Origin: a bacterium
GTDB taxonomy: Bacteria; SZUA-182; DTGQ01; JAFGSM01
Length of the DNA stretch: 22,216 bases
Assembly: GCA_049472315.1 (NCBI GenBank)
Contig: JBLIRN010000045.1
Span: 1 to 22,216 of the forward strand
Reading direction: 5' to 3'
Of this stretch, positions 16,934 to 22,216 are shown in pieces. Below the pieces are notes generated by a model. It was given only the letters and a program-made list of their open reading frames with translations. It searched no databases and was not told where the DNA came from. A program made the position numbers and the translations under genes. The first letter of the stretch is position 1; every line of letters starts with the position of its first letter.

Positions 16934-18505
16934 ATGAGGTTGAGAAAAAAATGGTTGGGTGTTCTCCTTGCGTTCCTCACGCCGGTGTTGTTCACCCTCT
17001 CGTTTCCACCCTATGACCTATCGTTTCTCGCGTGGGTTGCGCTCATCCCTCTCCTTCTGGCATTGAAGGAACTGAAACGGTACGAGGCATTTTTGTTCTC
17101 CTGGCTCATCGGCGGCCTTTCCTTCAGGGGGGTCTTTGGGTGGATCGGCCAGATTGAGGGATTCGGCCTCGGGCACTATATCATGCTCGGCATCTACCTG
17201 GGCGGCTATTTCGCCCTGTTCGGACTTTTTGTGAGACTCTTTGATGACAATGACCCTGTATATCCCCTTTTTGTTGGGCTTGTATGGGTCCTCCTGGAAT
17301 ACATCCGCTCCCATTTCTTTTTTCTCGCGCTTCCCTGGGCGCTTCTCGGGCACACCCAGTACCGGCATATCGACCTCATTCAGATCTCCTCGTATGCGGG
17401 TGTATACGGCCTCTCGTTCCTGGTGATCCTGGTGAACGCATCCCTTGCCGAATTCCTGCGACGGATCCCATCGAGCCTGCGGCACAAGGAGACGCTGCAG
17501 CGATATGCCCCTGTGGCCCTCTACCTGGTGCCCCTCCTTCTGCTCCCCTTGATTTCATTCTGGGGCAAAGGGATACGGAAAGGGACCGGGCATACTGCAG
17601 AGGTAAGGGTGGGACTGGTACAGGCAAACATCCCCCAGAACGTGAAGTGGCAGAAGGAGGTTTTTGCCTGGAGCTTCGAGCGGTATGAGGATCTGACCAG
17701 ACAGGTCGCCCAGGAGAGACCATCCGTAATCCTCTGGCCGGAGACCGCCATTCCGATCGATTTTCGTGCCTATCCGGCGGGTCTGTGGAAGATAAGCGCC
17801 CTGGTGAGGGAGATCGATATACCCCTGGTCTTCGGCGCAGCGGGCGGAACAAAGATGAGGGCTGCGGATGCGGATCAGCATCCAAGCTATAACAGTGCAT
17901 TCTTTATTTCTCCCCAGGGCATGTTCGGGGAATACAAAAAGATGCGGCTCATCCCCTTTGGGGAGTATATACCCTCCATAGGGCACTTCTCCCTCTCGTT
18001 TCTTGCCCCCGGGGTGAAGGCCGGGTTTGTGCCGGGGAGGTATGCGAAGCTTTTCCCCCTGCAGGAGGGGTCCTTCGGGGTGACCATCTGCTGGGAGAAT
18101 ATCTTCCCCGACCTGTTTCGGAAATTTGTCGGACAGGGCGCGTCGTTCATGGTCAACATCTCCAATGACGGATGGTTCAAGAACGAAGCGGCACCCTCTC
18201 AACACCTCATGTGCCAGGTGTTCAGGGCGGTTGAAAACCGAACCTCCATTGCCCGGGTTGCCAATACCGGCATCTCGTGTTTCATCGATCCCTTCGGACA
18301 TATTCTGCGGCGCGTCGAGGAGGGGAATCGTTTTCTGAACGTGATGGGCGTGGCAAGCGGGGAGATACCAACCGGTCTCGGTCCGACCTTTTATACCCGG
18401 CACGGGGACCTGTTCATGCTTTTCTGTATGATCCTTTTCGGCCTTCTCATTGTGTGGCGGGTCTGTTATCCCCATCGGACCTCTATTACGGGGAACGGGA
18501 AATGA
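16934..18505 (+). CDS. lnt: Apolipoprotein N-acyltransferase
   Basis: Multiple TM helices, LAWVALIPLL, EYIRS…LPWALLGHTQ, GVYGLSF, VQANIPQ. Nitrilase-fold triad WPE / KMRLIPFGEY / ICWE; NDGWF; RAVENR; NTGIS. Confidence 0.95.
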   Translation: MRLRKKWLGVLLAFLTPVLFTLSFPPYDLSFLAWVALIPLLLALKELKRYEAFLFSWLIGGLSFRGVFGWIGQIEGFGLGHYIMLGIYLGGYFALFGLFVRLFDDNDPVYPLFVGLVWVLLEYIRSHFFFLALPWALLGHTQYRHIDLIQISSYAGVYGLSFLVILVNASLAEFLRRIPSSLRHKETLQRYAPVALYLVPLLLLPLISFWGKGIRKGTGHTAEVRVGLVQANIPQNVKWQKEVFAWSFERYEDLTRQVAQERPSVILWPETAIPIDFRAYPAGLWKISALVREIDIPLVFGAAGGTKMRAADADQHPSYNSAFFISPQGMFGEYKKMRLIPFGEYIPSIGHFSLSFLAPGVKAGFVPGRYAKLFPLQEGSFGVTICWENIFPDLFRKFVGQGASFMVNISNDGWFKNEAAPSQHLMCQVFRAVENRTSIARVANTGISCFIDPFGHILRRVEEGNRFLNVMGVASGEIPTGLGPTFYTRHGDLFMLFCMILFGLLIVWRVCYPHRTSITGNGK

Positions 18506-21408
18506 CCCTGAGGCTCAACGAGAAGAACGGGGTCAACCTGGCGGCGATCGCGGTCCTGATCCTGATCGGGATGGTGGTGATCCTGTATTCCACCAATCTG
18601 TATGTCTTGCGCTCGCATCCCACCGTGGGTTTTATGTATAGAAAATTGAGCGGCTGGGCAATCATCGGCCGCATCTTCGACGAGGGGTACAAGGCGGGCT
18701 TCAGGATCGGGGATAAAATCGTCGAGGTGAACGGCGAGCCGGTCGAGAGCCTGGAAAGCCTCAGAAGCAACATTGACCGAACAATAGGGGCGACAAACCG
18801 TTTCACCATTCTGCGTGACGAGGAAAAACACGTCATCCCAATTACGATCACCCCCTTCGGCATGAGGAACGTCTTTTTGATCTGCGGCATCCCATTTTTT
18901 ATCGCGATCCTGATCATTGCCATCGGCGCCTTCATCTTCTTCACCACCCCGGTGGATGAAAAACCATGGTCCTTCTCCTTTTTCTGCCTCTGTGCCGGAC
19001 TCGTGCTGCTGTTTTTCAACCACGGTCCCATCAGGCCGGCGTGGTTACAGATCTTTGAACTGGTGGGCTTCTGTTTCCTCCCGGCGACCATTCTTCACAT
19101 GATAAGCAGTTTCCCGTTGGAGATAGACGAGGGGAAAAAGAAATCAGTGTTCAGGTTCTTTCCCTATGTTCCCTCCGTCGGCTTATTTTTGGCGTTGAGC
19201 ACATTCTCCCTGGAGGGATCCGCAATCTACATGCGCGTTTCGGTGATCGTCTACCTGCTGGTTTCGATCATGGCATTTATCGGCGTGCTCTTCTACCGGT
19301 ATGTAAAGGCAAGGTTCCGGTTGGCAAAGCTGAAGATACGCGTGGTCCTCCTCGGATTCTTCATCGGTGTGCTCCTCCCCTTGATTGAGCCCGTCCTGAA
19401 CATCTTCTTCAACATCTATCTCATCCCCAACATCGATCTTGCCACCCTCCCCTTCATGACCTTCTTTCCGCTCTTTATCGGTTACGCCATCGCCAAGCAC
19501 GATCTTTTCGAAATCGATGTCTTCATCAAGCGCACCACCGGGTATATCCTGACCACGGCCTCCATCATCGGGATCTACTTTCTTTTCATCTGCACCACCA
19601 ATCAATTTTTGGGGGAACTGTTTCACAATCAGCAGATCATAACCCTCTTCTTCATCCTGCTGGTGGTGCTCTTTTTCAATCCGCTCCACAACCGGATACA
19701 GATGGTCGTCGATCGTCTCTTTTATCGCAAAAAATATGATTACACCGAGCCCGTCAAGCGGCTTTTGAACGAGCTGACCTTTGTCTTCGAGATCGATACG
19801 ATCATCGAAAAGCTGCTCCAAATCCTCACGGATATCATGTTTATCGAGAATATCATCATCTTCTTCCATCATGCATCGGAGGATGTCTATCGCCCATACA
19901 CTTACAAAAAGAACCGGATCCCCGATGAAAAACGCTTGATCATCCCTGCGGCAAGCCCTCTTGTCACGCACCTGGTCAAGGAAAAACGGGAGATCGGCAG
20001 GGACAGTGTGTATGAGAATCGCGAGCTCGTCTCCGCAAGGAAGGAGATCCTCGATCTGTTCGATCTGTTTCATGCCGAGTTGATATTCCCCTTCTTCACC
20101 CACGAGAAGATGCACGGGTTCATTTCCCTGGGGAAGATAAAGTCCGGCAGGCAATACAACATCTCCGACATCGAAACCCTCCGGATCATCGCCAATCAGG
20201 CAGCAATGGCCCTGGAAAACAACGACCTGTTTCAGGACAAGATCGAGAAGCAAAAGCTGGAAGAGGAACTCAAGATTGCCGGAGAGATCCAGAGGCGCAT
20301 GCTCCCCGAGGTCCTTCCCCACACCAGGTACTTCTATCTCTATCCGAAGATCACCCCTGCCATTGAGATCGGAGGAGACTTTTATGATTTCTTCGAACTT
20401 CCTTCCGACGAGGGCAAGGAGTTGGGCATCGTCATCGGGGATGTCTCCGGGCATGGTATCCCTGGTGCGCTTCTCATGAGTGCGGCGCACACCATCTGCC
20501 AGACCCAGGCACTCAATTTCAAGGACGTAGGACAGGTAATGGTGGAGTCGAACAAGCTCCTGGTGAGGGAGACCAAGAAGCGTTCCTTTGTCGGCCTGAT
20601 CTATGCGCGCCTGTTTCCCGACAAACGGATTACCATTGCCAATGCGGGGCTTCCCTCCCCCCTCTACTATAACTCCCGTACCAAAACGGTGAGCTTCATC
20701 GAAAACGAGGGGGGGCGTTTTCCCCTCGGTATAGCGGATGATCCCTCATATGACCCCCTGACCTTGACAATGGAACACGGGGATATTATTCTTTTTTACA
20801 CCGATGGTGTCGTGGAGATACCGAACAAGAAAAACGAATTCTTCAGCTTTCAACGACTCAGGGACACGTTGGAACGGTTTGCCCACCTGGAGCCCGAGGA
20901 AATCTATACCAATATCCTCTCCGAACTGAAGCGCTTTGCAGGGAATCGTCGTTTTGAGGATGACATGACCCTCATATTCCTGAAACACGTGGATGCAGCA
21001 TCCTTCGATACGACGCTTTCCTTGCCTGTGTCCGCCTACAATGCGAATATCATTGCCCAGTGCGCCGAGTCGGTCGCCCAGCTCTTTTCGTTACAGCAGG
21101 ATAATATTGATCAGCTCAAGTGCTTTCTTGATAAGGTATTCAGCGAAGCTGCCGAATCCGGGAACGGTCTTCCCCGGTACAAGATGGTCGTATCCCTTCT
21201 GAAATTCAACTCGGATTTCGATGATTCAATGAAGAAGGGGAAGGTCCAGACGGCCGATCCCTCGGTCGACATGGTGTTTAAGAATATGCTTCAAGGGACC
21301 AGGTATGTGGGCAGGCATTTTTGGGTTGATATGATCAAACGGGAAAAGAGGCTGGAGGCGCTCGACACCAGCAATATCGCCAGGATCGTGGTGGACTTTC
21401 ATCACTGA
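18502..21408 (+). CDS. Membrane sensor phosphatase: TM, PDZ, ~9 further TM helices, GAF, SpoIIE/RsbU-type PP2C, C-terminal degenerate RsbW-like domain
   Basis: ATG 18502 overlaps the lnt stop (ATGA). PDZ-like AGFRIGDKIVEVNGEPV; GAF …GFISLGKIKSGRQYNISDIETLRIIANQAAMALEN; PP2C motifs GGDFYDF, GDVSGHG, FYTDGVVE and DDMT intact. Confidence 0.92.
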   Translation: MTLRLNEKNGVNLAAIAVLILIGMVVILYSTNLYVLRSHPTVGFMYRKLSGWAIIGRIFDEGYKAGFRIGDKIVEVNGEPVESLESLRSNIDRTIGATNRFTILRDEEKHVIPITITPFGMRNVFLICGIPFFIAILIIAIGAFIFFTTPVDEKPWSFSFFCLCAGLVLLFFNHGPIRPAWLQIFELVGFCFLPATILHMISSFPLEIDEGKKKSVFRFFPYVPSVGLFLALSTFSLEGSAIYMRVSVIVYLLVSIMAFIGVLFYRYVKARFRLAKLKIRVVLLGFFIGVLLPLIEPVLNIFFNIYLIPNIDLATLPFMTFFPLFIGYAIAKHDLFEIDVFIKRTTGYILTTASIIGIYFLFICTTNQFLGELFHNQQIITLFFILLVVLFFNPLHNRIQMVVDRLFYRKKYDYTEPVKRLLNELTFVFEIDTIIEKLLQILTDIMFIENIIIFFHHASEDVYRPYTYKKNRIPDEKRLIIPAASPLVTHLVKEKREIGRDSVYENRELVSARKEILDLFDLFHAELIFPFFTHEKMHGFISLGKIKSGRQYNISDIETLRIIANQAAMALENNDLFQDKIEKQKLEEELKIAGEIQRRMLPEVLPHTRYFYLYPKITPAIEIGGDFYDFFELPSDEGKELGIVIGDVSGHGIPGALLMSAAHTICQTQALNFKDVGQVMVESNKLLVRETKKRSFVGLIYARLFPDKRITIANAGLPSPLYYNSRTKTVSFIENEGGRFPLGIADDPSYDPLTLTMEHGDIILFYTDGVVEIPNKKNEFFSFQRLRDTLERFAHLEPEEIYTNILSELKRFAGNRRFEDDMTLIFLKHVDAASFDTTLSLPVSAYNANIIAQCAESVAQLFSLQQDNIDQLKCFLDKVFSEAAESGNGLPRYKMVVSLLKFNSDFDDSMKKGKVQTADPSVDMVFKNMLQGTRYVGRHFWVDMIKREKRLEALDTSNIARIVVDFHH

Positions 21409-21595
21409 GGGCACGATGAGGGTGAGGGCCTCCGGGAGGGATGAAAAATATCGAACGTGCCGATAATTAAATAGGTTAAGTGATCTATATAGGTGTGCCG
21501 GGCTTGTTTTTCTTTGCGCGGCGCGATTTATAGGCAAATTCGTGAGATGGTCACGAGGAAAACAGGTTATTTTATTTATGGATAAGGAGGTCAGG

Positions 21596-22216
21596 ATGAA
21601 GCGGGGAAACGGTTTGAGAAGGTACGGGGTTTGTTTGCAGGGTTGTCTGGTGGTGGTTCTTATCCTGTGTATCGCGTCCTTCTGCTGTGCGGACGACGCC
21701 ATGGTGCTCCCCAAGGGACGATGGATGACCAGCCTCGGGCTTGATTACTATCCGGAATGGGACAAACAATTCAATCAGGACGGCGATGAAGAGGCCCTGG
21801 CGCATGACTACAACCGGAGCCTGAACTCCTCGGTATTTACCGATTTGGCAGGTTTTGAAACTCCTGCTGTCATTACAGCGCTTGGACTCCCAGCTGACTT
21901 TAAGGCAACGTTGGGACGCAGTATCGTGGATTTTGAAAAGACTGCCACGATTACCAATCTCATGGTCTCTCATGGCCTGAGTGATAAGATGACCCTCGGA
22001 ATCAAGATCCCCTACTGGACTTTCAAAACGAAGGTTACCAGTGCACTCGATACCTCTGCTGCCAATATGGGAAAAAATCCGGGATATACTCTAGCGGGAT
22101 TTAACCCGGCTGATCCGACGACTTACCCTTTGGTTCCCCTTGCCGTACCTGGCAGTGTAGCACTCACGGCTGACGAGGTGAAATCCCTTTTGACCAATGG
22201 CTTGGACGTCAATGGT
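21596..22216 (+). CDS. Exported protein, probable outer-membrane channel ('transporter'/MetA-pathway-like); runs off the right edge
   Basis: Not in the ORF track. AAGGAGG SD then MKRGNGLRRYGVCLQGCLVVVLILCIASFCCADDAMVLPKGRW…SHGLSDKMTLGIKIPYW…; 207 codons open to the edge. Family call rests on recalled motifs (A.vLPkG; GlsD.ltlgi.iPY). Confidence 0.7.
   Translation, partial: MKRGNGLRRYGVCLQGCLVVVLILCIASFCCADDAMVLPKGRWMTSLGLDYYPEWDKQFNQDGDEEALAHDYNRSLNSSVFTDLAGFETPAVITALGLPADFKATLGRSIVDFEKTATITNLMVSHGLSDKMTLGIKIPYWTFKTKVTSALDTSAANMGKNPGYTLAGFNPADPTTYPLVPLAVPGSVALTADEVKSLLTNGLDVNG

Noticed and set aside
18277..18501. Longer N-terminus of the phosphatase ORF
   Set aside because: Overlaps lnt by more than 200 nt and reads as non-protein-like; ATG 18502 with ATGA coupling is more plausible.
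21596..21691. Last gene as a lipoprotein substrate of the adjacent Lnt
   Set aside because: The cysteines (LQGC, ASFCC) do not form a convincing lipobox after the hydrophobic region; signal peptidase I cleavage near CCA|DD looks more likely.

Overview
Bacterial chromosomal window; gene content suggests a Gram-negative, Desulfobacterota/deltaproteobacterial-like organism (inference). Left part: a partial nucleotide-sugar dehydrogenase divergent from gmd plus a membrane-anchored HEAT-repeat gene, a small outer-membrane beta-barrel gene, competence-type genes (comM/yifB, comEA) and a vapBC toxin-antitoxin pair. Right part: a dense signalling cluster with a PAS histidine kinase, an RsbW-like anti-sigma kinase, a 4-PAS hybrid kinase, DUF72, a sigma54 promoter ahead of a single-domain receiver and an NtrC-type activator, lnt translationally coupled to a PDZ/multi-TM/GAF/PP2C phosphatase, and a partial putative outer-membrane channel gene. 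The most notable observations are: (i) the phosphatase ends in an apparently catalytically dead RsbW-like domain that aligns with the free RsbW in the same window; (ii) two ~170-bp long-hairpin elements at 12746-13198 have different stem sequences but conserved loop motifs; (iii) a 76-bp-period triple repeat lies directly upstream of comM; (iv) three copies of a GGGGTCAGGTCTTGAA-ended miniature inverted-repeat element are present.
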